A DNA stretch of 64,000 nt from Deltaproteobacteria bacterium (GTDB lineage Bacteria; Desulfobacterota; Binatia; Binatales; Binataceae), in contig JAKAVC010000138.1 in the NCBI GenBank assembly GCA_021817345.1, positions 17,776-81,775 of the forward strand, given 5' to 3'. The notes under the pieces are model-generated. The model was given only the letters and a program-made list of their open reading frames with translations, did not search any database and had not been told where the DNA came from. How positions within the stretch are numbered: the first letter of the stretch is position 1; each line of letters starts with the position of its first letter. This document shows positions 30,209 through 39,842 of the stretch, piece after piece. Both the position numbers and the translations under genes were made by a program.

Positions 30209-32056
30209 ATGGGCCTGCGCGCGAAACTGGCAACCGTCTTCATTCCGCTCCTGGTCGCGGCGGTGGTGGCGGTCAGCGCCGCCGAGGTTGACCATTCGGC
30301 GGACGTGATGGTTGACACGCTGCATGACTTCGGTTCGATCTTCGTAAGCCAGACTTTCGAGCAAATCCGCGCCGCACTGGCCGACGCCAAGGGCGATCCG
30401 CTCCAGACGCTGCGCAAGGACGCCGGCTTGAGCGCGCTGCTCGCTTCCTCGCAAGCCTTTGGCAAGGCCGTCGTCTACGCGCGCATCGAAACGTTGGATG
30501 GCGGCTTCATAGCGGGAGTTCCAGCTGACGGCGAACAGGTTGCGCGGCTCCATCCCGAACCCTTTTCGGCTCTGAAGGCCGCGGTGGAACGGCGATGGTG
30601 GCCGCCGGCGCGCATCGCGCCGCTCTGGGGCGACCATGTTTACGAGATTCGAAGCCCGGTCGAACTCAACGGCCATCCCTTTGCCGTCATCAGGATTGGA
30701 CTGTCAACGGCACTGGTGTCGGCGGATATCGCCCGCGCGATCATCAACGTCGTCCTTATCGGCGCGGTGGTGATCGCGATGAGTCTGCTTGGCGCGCTGC
30801 TATCCGGCGCTCTCCTGCTTCGCCCGGTCGCCGCAATTACCGCCGGCGTCGAACGCCTGGCTTCGGGCGCGGACACCGGGAACGTGCATGTCGGCGGGCG
30901 CGACGAGCTGGGCGCGCTCGCCGAGAAATTCAACGTGCTTGCTCAGAAGGTTCGGGCCGACCGTACCCAGTGGGAGGATGAACGCGGCAAGTTCATGGAC
31001 GTGTTCCGCTCAATCGCCGACGCCGTGATCCTGCTCGACGCCGACGGTCTGATCCGATTCACGAACGAGGAGGCGCACGGCAGGCTCGGACTGCCGGCCG
31101 GCGGAATGGCGTACGGCAAGCCGCTCGCGACCTTTCTCGGCCGCGACCATCCCCTTGCGCGCCTGGTCAGAAACATCACGGCTTCCGGCGTCGAAATGCG
31201 CGATGTGGCGGTGGAAATAGGCGCGGGCGACAAATTAACCCGGCTGCTCGCCTCGGCTTTTCCGCTTGGACGCCGCAACGGCTCGCCGGTGCTCGTGATA
31301 GTCCGCGACCTCAAACCGGTGCGCGAACTGGAGAGCGTGGTCGAGGATTCGGGGCGGCTTGCACGGCTCGGCACCCTCATCTCCGGCGTCGCACACCAGA
31401 TACGCACGCCGCTCAATGCGATGACGCTCGAACTCGAGTTGCTGAACCAGGATATTCGCGAGTCGCGGCCGATCGAGGACCGGGTCCACATGGTGCGTGA
31501 CGAGATGCGCCGACTCGGGCAGGCGATCGACGCCCTGATGCGTTTCATGCGGCCCGAACATCTGCGGCTGGAAGAACTGGACTTGAATGCGACGCTGACG
31601 GAACTCGCTCATGAACTGAGCGACCCGAAAATAACGGTAAGCTGGCGGCTTGACCCGTCGCGCCCGAAGATAAACGCGGACCGGGCGGTGCTGATGGAGG
31701 CCTGCCGTAATGTCATTCAGAATGCGATCGAGGCGATGCCAAAGGGCGGGAACCTGATTTTGGCCAGCCAGGCTCAGGACGACGGATTCGCAACGCTCTC
31801 GATATCCGATAGCGGAGAGGGGATACGTCCGGAAATCCTGGAGAACATTTTCCAGCTCTACTTCACGACCAAGGAGGAGGGCACGGGCATCGGACTGCCC
31901 CTTGCCCTGCGCGCGGTCGATCTCCATGGCGGCACAATCAAGGTCGATTCGCAGCCCGGAAAGGGAACCACCGTGACGATTCGATTACCCGTCGAGCGCA
32001 CGGCAATGTCTTACCGTGGGTCGAGTTCCGCGAACAGAGGTCAGTTCAACTCGTGA
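30209..32056 (+). CDS. Sensor histidine kinase (2TM-HAMP-PAS-HisKA-HATPase)
   Basis: H-box AHQIRTPLN, NAIEAM, DSGEGI, FTTKEEGTGIGL. Confidence 0.92.
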   Translation: MGLRAKLATVFIPLLVAAVVAVSAAEVDHSADVMVDTLHDFGSIFVSQTFEQIRAALADAKGDPLQTLRKDAGLSALLASSQAFGKAVVYARIETLDGGFIAGVPADGEQVARLHPEPFSALKAAVERRWWPPARIAPLWGDHVYEIRSPVELNGHPFAVIRIGLSTALVSADIARAIINVVLIGAVVIAMSLLGALLSGALLLRPVAAITAGVERLASGADTGNVHVGGRDELGALAEKFNVLAQKVRADRTQWEDERGKFMDVFRSIADAVILLDADGLIRFTNEEAHGRLGLPAGGMAYGKPLATFLGRDHPLARLVRNITASGVEMRDVAVEIGAGDKLTRLLASAFPLGRRNGSPVLVIVRDLKPVRELESVVEDSGRLARLGTLISGVAHQIRTPLNAMTLELELLNQDIRESRPIEDRVHMVRDEMRRLGQAIDALMRFMRPEHLRLEELDLNATLTELAHELSDPKITVSWRLDPSRPKINADRAVLMEACRNVIQNAIEAMPKGGNLILASQAQDDGFATLSISDSGEGIRPEILENIFQLYFTTKEEGTGIGLPLALRAVDLHGGTIKVDSQPGKGTTVTIRLPVERTAMSYRGSSSANRGQFNS

Positions 32057-32069
32057 CGAGGAACAGAGC

Positions 32070-32642
32070 GTGAAGGCCCGCGTGTTTTTCGCAGGGGCCG
32101 CAATCGCCCTTGGCCTGTTGAGCCTTGTGGGATGCGTCAACACGCCCGAGGGCTGGCGAATCCCTTCGCCGATGCGGCCCTTGCCGCAGGCGACGGTTCG
32201 GCGACGGCGTCCGCCGGAAAGCGAGAACGAAGAGATTCGGCCACGGCGGCATTATGTGGAACGACGCGTCGCGCGGCCCAGGGAACAAGCGAAGGAAACG
32301 CCTTCGACGCACGCCGCGCGGCGGACCGCGACATCATCGGCCGAGCAAGCCGCGTCACAGCCGCCTTCCCCACCCGCGCAGGCGGCTCCTGAACCGACGG
32401 TGACTCTGGCCAACGCCAACGTCTCACGCCTGCAGGTTCTCGAGATGCTCAATCAGGCGAATGCGAAGCTCTCGCGGATCGATCGCGGAAAACTCGACGG
32501 GACCAATGCCGTCACTTATGACCAGGCGGAAGGATTTCTCAGGCAGGCGCGCAAGGCCGCCGACGAGAAGGACTACGTCGCGGCGTCGGGATTGGCTCAC
32601 AAAGCCTCGATCCTCGCCGACAAGCTCACGCCGTCGCCTTAG
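32070..32642 (+). CDS. Hypothetical lipoprotein (Pro/Arg-rich linker, C-terminal helical domain)
   Basis: GAGGA RBS then GTG; lipobox LVGC; C-terminus AEGFLRQARKA...LAHKASILADKL. Confidence 0.72.
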   Translation: MKARVFFAGAAIALGLLSLVGCVNTPEGWRIPSPMRPLPQATVRRRRPPESENEEIRPRRHYVERRVARPREQAKETPSTHAARRTATSSAEQAASQPPSPPAQAAPEPTVTLANANVSRLQVLEMLNQANAKLSRIDRGKLDGTNAVTYDQAEGFLRQARKAADEKDYVAASGLAHKASILADKLTPSP

Positions 32643-32792
32643 ATTCCACGGATCTCCGTTTGCCGCTTACTCGACAATCGAACGGCTGACGGTCACTGCG
32701 GACGACGCGGACTTCGAAGCGCCCGATGCGACAAGGGCCGCCCCGGCTTCCCGCGAGCAGGCTCGCTACTGCTTCGATAGTCGCTCGTCCCG

Positions 32793-35303
32793 CTACCAAC
32801 CGGTTATGTGAATGTTCGGCGTGAGCCAGCGTTTATGTGCGATGTTGCCCTTGATGTTATTGATATATTTTACTGCCGCGGGATCGTACCATCCCCCCGA
32901 GTAGTGCATCCCGATACACCCCCAGAGGAGCGTGTCGAGGTTGGCCTGGCTGGGATTGTTTGCGTAGGCTGCCGCGTCTTCGGCGTAAGTGTTATGGCCG
33001 GGTTGGGCGGGACGCCTCGCAAAATACGGCGCCCAATCGCCATTGATACATGATCGCGTGTCGGCAAAGCGGTATTCCGCGGCGAATGACGTTGAGTCCT
33101 TGATCATCGGCCACGTCTTCCACTCATAGTACACTTTTGTCTGCCACGCCGACCACGAGGTATAGCAACAGTACGGGCATGATGCTTTGCGCCCGTCGGC
33201 GAGCGGGATAGTGGTATTCCAGAGCGCGGCGAACCCGTCCTGGACGCATTGCGGTCGCGTGGTTCGCTTGTCACCGGTCGTCCATTGGCGCCAGAAGCTT
33301 TCCTCCCAGGCCTGGCCACGAACCACGTTTTCGTCGATTCCGTACTTGCACGCCGCCCATCGCATGATCATGTCGGTGGAACCCGTGTAGTCGCCCTTGA
33401 TTCGCGCGTATTGCGCGTAGCTCGCCAGTGTCTCGAACGTGTACCCTTCCGCTCTGAAAGCGGCGAGATCGGAGGGGGTGGCGACGGTTCGATTAAAGGG
33501 GATGTTGCCTGGAATGGTCTCGGGGGTGGAAGGAATCTCCGCCGCGCATTGCCGTCCGCTTGGCAGCGCCGCGTGCGGCGGCAGAGTCGGAAAATACCCG
33601 TCCTCGCGCAACGCCGAGGTCAACACCCGCGCCCCCGCGCCAGGCTCCGACGCGGACGCCGGCCGCGCGAACGCCACCGTCAGAATCACCGGCAGGACAA
33701 GGGTGGCCGCACCCGCGAACATCCGGCGCGGATCACGCGCGGAGAGAGAGCCTGTGGCGGCGTCCGGAATCGCTTGAAGCGTCATGACGCGTTGCCGCTC
33801 CGCGATCATCCAAAGGAGATAGAACATGATTCCATCCATGCGGTGAACGTCTCCTATGCCGGCCTCCGCGAACGCGCGGCAGAACGAAGGCAGTATCAGG
33901 AAGAAAAACAGGGGCTTCAGGTTCCAGGGATCCCCTGGGCGTCTGAGGAGCGCAATCCAGGGTCGCAGCATGATGCAAAGCCAGAAAACAAGCGCGGGAA
34001 CTCCGAGTCCCACCGCGATCGATAAATAACCTTCATGAGTCGAGGTGTCCGGCCCCTGCGACCAGAAGCTGTCCCAGCTTGGAAAACGCGGGTCCTTGAA
34101 AATCGCGCCTTCGACATCGTACCCGTAGCCGGTAAAAGGCCGTTCCAGTATTTTCCGCAGTTCGAACTTCCAAGCGAGCGTTCGCCCCGTAAGCGTGGTG
34201 ACATCGCGGCTCACCCCCAGCTTTGCCGTGGCTCCCAACGCGCCGTAAACCAGCGCGCCGGCGAGAGCGACCGCCGCGCACACGAGCATCCCGCGTGCCC
34301 GATACCTCCAGAGCAAATACGCGCCAGCTCCAATAGCCAGCGCGACCGCAGGTGAGCGCGAGTCGGCCATCAGGTCGAAGACGGCCCCCGCCAGAATACT
34401 GAAGGCCAGTACCACACGTTGCCGGCGCGTCGCGCGTCCCCAGATGCTCAACGCGACGCCAATACTCAGGAACGCCAGGCTGCCGACCACGTTGGGGCTG
34501 TAGAAGACTCCCTCGAACCGGTCGATGCCCGAGGTATCGCGAATCCACGTGTACATGCCGGTCGCGTCGTGGACCGCACGCCATGCGCCCGTCCAAGTGC
34601 CCCCTTCAACAAATACCCTTCGCGGCAATGCGACCGCGGCAAATGCCGTCAGGCAGAGAAGGACCCCGCATCCGGCGAGAAAGCCCCACAAAACCGCATC
34701 CACGTCCGTCGCGCAAGCGGTCGAAAGCGAGACCGCCGCGAGTGCCGCGAACAGAAGCACTGTGGGGACGAGACGGCCGGCCGAGATCAATGGGTCGAGG
34801 GAATAGATGACCGAGACCGCCGCCCATCCAAAGTACACGAGGAATACGGCGAGGTAGCGCTCCCTGACTACTCCTCTATGGTACGCGGCCGCAATGGCCG
34901 GCAGGCAGAATGCGAGAAGCAGTGGATAATGCAGCCACCATCGCTTCTCAGGGTCAAGCGGAATCAGATTGACATAAGGCAGGGCCTCCACCAGCACCAG
35001 GGCGGGCACCAGCCGGAGCGGATTACGCGTGGTCCATCCAACCGTCCAAAGCAGTAACGCCCCGCCGACTAATCCGGCGATCGCAAATGCCAGATAGAGC
35101 GAATGGATGTTCAGAACCAGGACCGCCAGCATTCCGAGCGCGGCCGCGGAGGCGACGACGGCGAGGCGCGGCGGAACGCGCGCGGGCCGCACCTCGAGGT
35201 CATCGAAGAGGCGATGACGCTCGGAGGCCGGCCCCGGCGAGTCGAAGATCTTCGCTTCCCCACGCGGGCGCGGGGCGCCGGAAAACGCCTCCGTGCTATC
35301 CAT
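32793..35303 (-). CDS. Wzy/O-antigen ligase-like polymerase fused to a C-terminal lysozyme-like domain
   Basis: Multi-TM region with SRS, TLTGRTLAW, RPFTGYGY, HEGYL..AVGLG; then a soluble domain with WAACKYGIDENVVRGQAWEES; ATG overlaps the upstream stop. Confidence 0.82.
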   Translation of the reverse strand: MDSTEAFSGAPRPRGEAKIFDSPGPASERHRLFDDLEVRPARVPPRLAVVASAAALGMLAVLVLNIHSLYLAFAIAGLVGGALLLWTVGWTTRNPLRLVPALVLVEALPYVNLIPLDPEKRWWLHYPLLLAFCLPAIAAAYHRGVVRERYLAVFLVYFGWAAVSVIYSLDPLISAGRLVPTVLLFAALAAVSLSTACATDVDAVLWGFLAGCGVLLCLTAFAAVALPRRVFVEGGTWTGAWRAVHDATGMYTWIRDTSGIDRFEGVFYSPNVVGSLAFLSIGVALSIWGRATRRQRVVLAFSILAGAVFDLMADSRSPAVALAIGAGAYLLWRYRARGMLVCAAVALAGALVYGALGATAKLGVSRDVTTLTGRTLAWKFELRKILERPFTGYGYDVEGAIFKDPRFPSWDSFWSQGPDTSTHEGYLSIAVGLGVPALVFWLCIMLRPWIALLRRPGDPWNLKPLFFFLILPSFCRAFAEAGIGDVHRMDGIMFYLLWMIAERQRVMTLQAIPDAATGSLSARDPRRMFAGAATLVLPVILTVAFARPASASEPGAGARVLTSALREDGYFPTLPPHAALPSGRQCAAEIPSTPETIPGNIPFNRTVATPSDLAAFRAEGYTFETLASYAQYARIKGDYTGSTDMIMRWAACKYGIDENVVRGQAWEESFWRQWTTGDKRTTRPQCVQDGFAALWNTTIPLADGRKASCPYCCYTSWSAWQTKVYYEWKTWPMIKDSTSFAAEYRFADTRSCINGDWAPYFARRPAQPGHNTYAEDAAAYANNPSQANLDTLLWGCIGMHYSGGWYDPAAVKYINNIKGNIAHKRWLTPNIHITGW

Positions 35304-36087
35304 CGGAATTTCCGGACGCGAGGCCATTTCTTCGCGGAGCCCGCTCGCCCAGTTCCGCCGCGCGCAGTTCATTCGAGTACAGGATTGCGCGCAGGAGCGG
35401 CGACTCGGCGAGATTCAGCAAAAGGTTTATATTCGGGATTACGCAGTGGCCGCCGATAAACCCGGGGAAGTAACGAACGCGCGGCAGGAAGTCGATTTCG
35501 TCGAAGAAGCTCGTGATCTCGAAATAGTCTCCATCGACGCGTTCCGCGTAACGATTCAGCTCCTGGGCAAAGGCGATCAATGTGCCGAAGTAGGTTGTCT
35601 CGGCGAGCTTGGCGAGCTCAAGGGTCTCGGGCCGGCTGACGCGGGCGGTTTTCATCCCAGCCGCCTGGAAGTGCTTTTCCGCGTAGGCGGCGGTATCGAT
35701 GTCCGTCGCGGCCACGAACTTTACATAGTGCAGAAGGTCCCGCGCCATGCGCACGTGCTTGCCGCGCACCGGGCTATAGGCGACCGCCACTCCCGTGCGG
35801 TCCGCGACAGAGCGCGTCGTCCCGGGCGGCACCGTACTGTTGATCACGGTCAGGCGCGGCGCGAAACGCCTGATGTACTCGCACGCGGTATCGACGAAGT
35901 CGGCCCCGCGAAACGGAAAACATATGTGCATGACCTCGACGGGCTGCTCGAATTCGCGCGGTTCTATATCGTGTCGCAGGACCGTCCCGCGCTTTTCGAG
36001 CACGTCCGCGAGCGCGCCGCCCACTTCGCCCATCCCGACGACCAAGGTTGCTCCGTTAACATCCGTCTTTTTCACTGTGCGGTTCAT
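35296..36087 (-). CDS. Short UDP-glucose/GDP-mannose dehydrogenase-family protein
   Basis: GMGEVG, STVPPGTT, YSPVRG, ELAKLAET, GGHCV; no C-terminal UDP-binding domain. Confidence 0.78.
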   Translation of the reverse strand: MNRTVKKTDVNGATLVVGMGEVGGALADVLEKRGTVLRHDIEPREFEQPVEVMHICFPFRGADFVDTACEYIRRFAPRLTVINSTVPPGTTRSVADRTGVAVAYSPVRGKHVRMARDLLHYVKFVAATDIDTAAYAEKHFQAAGMKTARVSRPETLELAKLAETTYFGTLIAFAQELNRYAERVDGDYFEITSFFDEIDFLPRVRYFPGFIGGHCVIPNINLLLNLAESPLLRAILYSNELRAAELGERAPRRNGLASGNSDG

Positions 36088-37295
36088 GTTGCTCCTTTCC
36101 TCTGCGCCAGAGCGCCGGGGCTTGTGTTGGCCTCGGAGTCTCCGAGAAGTGAATCGACAATCCGGCAGTACTCAGTCGATTGGGTCTGCCAGCCGATTGA
36201 CTGGACCACGCGCCGCGCATGCATTGCGAGGCGCAGTCTGCGCTCGGGGTCGCGGTGGAGTTCCTCGATTCCGGCCGCAAGGTCCGCGCTGTTGCCCGGC
36301 TCGAAGAAGCGCACCGCGTTGCCGTTGAAATAATGCTCGATAGTGCGCAGGCGCGCGGTTATCGTCGGGATTCCCATCGCGGCGTAATCGAGCAGCTTGA
36401 CCGGAAGCATCAGGTGCGTGGCGCTGGTGGCGCGATTCGGCACCAGGCCGACGTCAACGCCGGCGAGCGTGGTCGGCAAGCGTTCGACCGCAACCGGGGG
36501 CAGGAAGGTGACGCACTCGCCGAGGCAAAGCCGCGCCGCGAGACGGCGAGCCTCTTCGAGATAGTCGCCCGTTCCAATTACCAGGAATCTGAGACCGGGA
36601 ACCCGCCGGCGCGCGAGTTCCACCGCCTCCAGCGCGATATCCAGTCCAAGCCGATGAGTCAGCGTTCCGTGACACGCAACCGTGAATTCGCGCGCCGATT
36701 GACGAATGCCTTTCGATGGACGAAAGACATCGGGGTCGGGCGCATTCATGACGACCGCGATTTTCCGCGCCGGAATGCCGGCTTTGATCAGGCGCGCGCG
36801 ATGAAGGTCGTGAACCGCGAGAACGCGATCCGCGCACGCGGCGCTCGCGCGCTCAACGCCCATCAGAAGGCGCGCGCCGATGGCGCCGCGCCTGCCGCCG
36901 AACTTGTCACGATAAAGCTCGGGCATCGTATCGTGGATGTCCAGAAGCAGCTTCGCACCGAGGCATCTTAAGGGCAGGGCCGAGAGCACAGCCGCGTCCG
37001 GCATCGTGCACACGACCGCGAGATTGTAGCGCCTGCGCAGGCCCATTCTGAACGCGGTCCAGGCCGCGATTGTGAAGAAGCGCGCGTAGCTTCGCAGGTA
37101 GCGGCTTCGGCTCGCCCCCCGGTAACGCGGCATCCGGATGCCAACGAGATTGACGCCATGCAGGTTCGCTTCGTGTGCGGAATCGAGGCAGATTACGTCA
37201 ACCTGGTCGCCCCGGCGGGCGAGCGCCTCGGCGTGACGCTTGACGCGGCCGTCGTGAATATAGGTGGTGTAGGCGATGACAAGAATTCTCGCCAT
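36084..37295 (-). CDS. GT4 glycosyltransferase
   Basis: Start MARILVIAY with AGGAG RBS; DGRVKR, DIHDTMPE, PVKLLDYAAMG. Confidence 0.88.
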   Translation of the reverse strand: MARILVIAYTTYIHDGRVKRHAEALARRGDQVDVICLDSAHEANLHGVNLVGIRMPRYRGASRSRYLRSYARFFTIAAWTAFRMGLRRRYNLAVVCTMPDAAVLSALPLRCLGAKLLLDIHDTMPELYRDKFGGRRGAIGARLLMGVERASAACADRVLAVHDLHRARLIKAGIPARKIAVVMNAPDPDVFRPSKGIRQSAREFTVACHGTLTHRLGLDIALEAVELARRRVPGLRFLVIGTGDYLEEARRLAARLCLGECVTFLPPVAVERLPTTLAGVDVGLVPNRATSATHLMLPVKLLDYAAMGIPTITARLRTIEHYFNGNAVRFFEPGNSADLAAGIEELHRDPERRLRLAMHARRVVQSIGWQTQSTEYCRIVDSLLGDSEANTSPGALAQRKGAT

Positions 37296-37306
37296 GTTTC
37301 TCCTAG

Positions 37307-38530
37307 TTATCTGGCAAGCGGGTGCTCGCTCAGCCGACGCACGGTTGCGCGCCGGGAACCGGGCCGCCTGATGACGGGCTGCCCGCCGTTTTCGATTGAC
37401 AGTTGAAGCTCCGAGCGCTCGCGCCACCATTCGGCAACCTCCGACGGCAGCGCGCGCCACGCCGACGGCAGCTCCGCGAGCATCCGGAGCAGGTCTTCGT
37501 AGGCCCCAAGAAGCCGCCCGTCGCCCATGTAGTCGGGATGCGTAAGCGTCAGAATCATCCCGCCGACCGAGGCTGTCCAATTCGCCTTCATCACCCAGAC
37601 CGGGAGCGGACTGCGATGCAGCAGACGGATCAACGTATGGTCCTGGGCGAGCGTGTACGGCAGCTCGACCATCCGCGACAGCATGAACGGAAACAGGCTG
37701 CAGGTGCCGCCTGGCCACGGTTCGTAGGGATCGGTGTCCGAGAAGCTCGAATCGAAATCGAAGGCCATCGTCGCGATCCACGACGCGTCGCGCGGCGTGG
37801 ACGGCGCTCGAAATCCGCGCAGGCCGTGAGCCGCGGCCATCCGCTCGACGATCGGCGCAAGGCTCGCGAAGTCCCGCGCGCTTCGAAACAGCCGTCCATC
37901 GTGGCTGAGGCCGTGTGCGCCGAATTCAAATCCGCGCGCGCGAAGCCGCGTCACCAGATTCCAGTCGATTCGGTACTGCGTCAGGGGAAGGTTCCACGCC
38001 GAACGGAAGCCGTATCGTTCCTCGAGATCGGCAATTCGTTCGATACGCGCGAAACCCGAGGAACTTTCCACGTCATGGGTCAGCACCACGCAGCATTGGT
38101 GGCCGTCGGGCCAGAAGCCGATATGCCAGCCGTCGTCGCGCCCAAGCATCCCAAGGCTCAAGCGCAGCCATTCGCTCCAGAATTCCAGGAGCGCGCTTTC
38201 GCACGGCCAGTGCGGAAATTCGGGCTTGACGCGTGCGCGTATCGTCGCCTCGTTCAGACGACGGCGCACGGGGAACGGAATCAGCCGCTTTAATTTGTGG
38301 CACGCCCGCGTCTGGCGCGACTGACGATAGCCCTGGCGCGAGAGATATGATTCGAAAAGGAAACGCTCGGCGATGAACTCCGACGACAGGATCATCGGCT
38401 CCAGCGCGTCGCGCCATTGCTCGGGGAGCTTCCAGAACGAGAAGGCGTCGTTGCGCGCGCGCGTTGCAAGTGCGCGGCAATCCGCTGAAACCGCGCCGAT
38501 TCCGGCGCTTATCGCCGAGCCGGCACTCAT
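37307..38530 (-). CDS. Polysaccharide deacetylase-like (CE4/NodB fold)
   Basis: LTHDVE, GAHGLSHDG, GFRAP, DSS, THPDY; ATGA overlap with the upstream gene. Confidence 0.78.
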   Translation of the reverse strand: MSAGSAISAGIGAVSADCRALATRARNDAFSFWKLPEQWRDALEPMILSSEFIAERFLFESYLSRQGYRQSRQTRACHKLKRLIPFPVRRRLNEATIRARVKPEFPHWPCESALLEFWSEWLRLSLGMLGRDDGWHIGFWPDGHQCCVVLTHDVESSSGFARIERIADLEERYGFRSAWNLPLTQYRIDWNLVTRLRARGFEFGAHGLSHDGRLFRSARDFASLAPIVERMAAAHGLRGFRAPSTPRDASWIATMAFDFDSSFSDTDPYEPWPGGTCSLFPFMLSRMVELPYTLAQDHTLIRLLHRSPLPVWVMKANWTASVGGMILTLTHPDYMGDGRLLGAYEDLLRMLAELPSAWRALPSEVAEWWRERSELQLSIENGGQPVIRRPGSRRATVRRLSEHPLAR

Positions 38531-39384
38531 CTCCATAGCGACTCGCGCCCCGTAAGCCGGCGCATTTGATGGCGGCGCACGAAAGCGACCATTTCCGGGG
38601 TGGCGGGACGCGGCTTGCGCCGCAGATAGCCCTCGATATATCCGGCAAGCAGAGCCCCGGCGGTGATTCCCGGCGGCCATCCGAAGAAAAGCTTCACCGC
38701 GCGCGCCGCGACGAATACCGGCGAATAGCCAACATTGTAGGCCGCTTCGCCGGCGGCCCTGCGGCTTTTCCACAGTCCGCCGGCCGCGCCCTGCGGGCGA
38801 TGATGGTACGCGCGGATATGGCGAAAATTCCGCGTCTCGAATCCGTGCATCATCGCGCCCACTTCGTCGAGCGTGTCCCATCCGAGTTCCGGACGGATTG
38901 CGCCGATCGCCTCGAAGCACGCGCGCGAATACATCTTGACCGCGCCGCGCGTGTGAAAGGACGGAGCAACCACTTCGCGCCATCCGTCCGCGCGCGGTTC
39001 CAGGAGCGTGGCGCTCGCGATTCCGAGCTTCGGATTGCGCTGGAATTCGGCGAGAAGAAGTTCGGCGAACCGCGCGTCGAAGCTCAGATCGGCGTCGAGC
39101 CTCAGGATGGCGTCGCAGTCCAGCCACTTCCCGCGGCGAAGAAATCGCGCGACGACCGACTCGCCGCCGGCGGCGCGCGGCTCGTCCGACGCAAGATGGT
39201 GCGGTTCGATCCATGGCGCGCCATGCGCCGCGGCTTCGATGATTTCAGCGGTGCGATCGGCCGAACCGTCGTTGATTACAATCCATCGTTTCGGTTTGAC
39301 GGTCTGCGCCGTCATCGACGCAATCAGCCGCGGGAGCATCCGCTCCTCATCGCGGGCGGGGGTTATGGCGATGTAATCGTTCAT
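38527..39384 (-). CDS. GT2 glycosyltransferase
   Basis: ITPARDEE, NDGSADRT, LDADL, GWDTLDE. Confidence 0.9.
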   Translation of the reverse strand: MNDYIAITPARDEERMLPRLIASMTAQTVKPKRWIVINDGSADRTAEIIEAAAHGAPWIEPHHLASDEPRAAGGESVVARFLRRGKWLDCDAILRLDADLSFDARFAELLLAEFQRNPKLGIASATLLEPRADGWREVVAPSFHTRGAVKMYSRACFEAIGAIRPELGWDTLDEVGAMMHGFETRNFRHIRAYHHRPQGAAGGLWKSRRAAGEAAYNVGYSPVFVAARAVKLFFGWPPGITAGALLAGYIEGYLRRKPRPATPEMVAFVRRHQMRRLTGRESLWR

Positions 39385-39842
39385 GCGAGAAACCGCTGGA
39401 GAGACACTCCCACGAGTCGCGTGAGCGGAGCGTGAAGATTACGCCAAAGCCGCGGCGCGGGCGGATGCGCGCCCGAAGCATTGAGCGGGAGTTCACGCGC
39501 CTCATCGTCAAGCGAGAGCGGCGGGCAGAAATCCGAGAAGGACAGCGAGACCATCCGGGGACGCGGCGGATGCGCGCTTCGCGTGAATACGCATCCCGCG
39601 GTACCCCGGCCATCCGCCGACAGCATGGCGACGGACAGTTCCAGGCGGTGTGCGCGTTCGAGCGCCCCGAGCCAGGGCTCACGATGATAGAGCGTTGCGC
39701 CGTCCGTCGCCTGGAACGGAGCACGCCATCGCGGGAGCGCCTCGCTCAGAGGCTCGACTGCGAGTTCGCCGGCGGTGTGCCGTTTGTACGGGCGCGCCTC
39801 GGCGCGCCGTGCCTCGGAAACCGCGTTATTCGTCATCGCCAT
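39381..39842 (-). pseudogene. Internally deleted GNAT (FemAB/CelD-BcsL-like) remnant
   Basis: N-terminal YHREPWLGALERAH...SLSFSDFCPPL joined almost directly to a C-terminal-like LWRNLHAPLTRLVG; only 153 aa. Confidence 0.55.

Noticed and set aside
37296-37781. Long N-terminal extensions in the ORF track (also 38531-39214, 42791-43114, 47761-47973, 50117-50437)
   Set aside because: They overlap upstream genes or promoter DNA; downstream starts have RBS or stop-start coupling and match family N-termini
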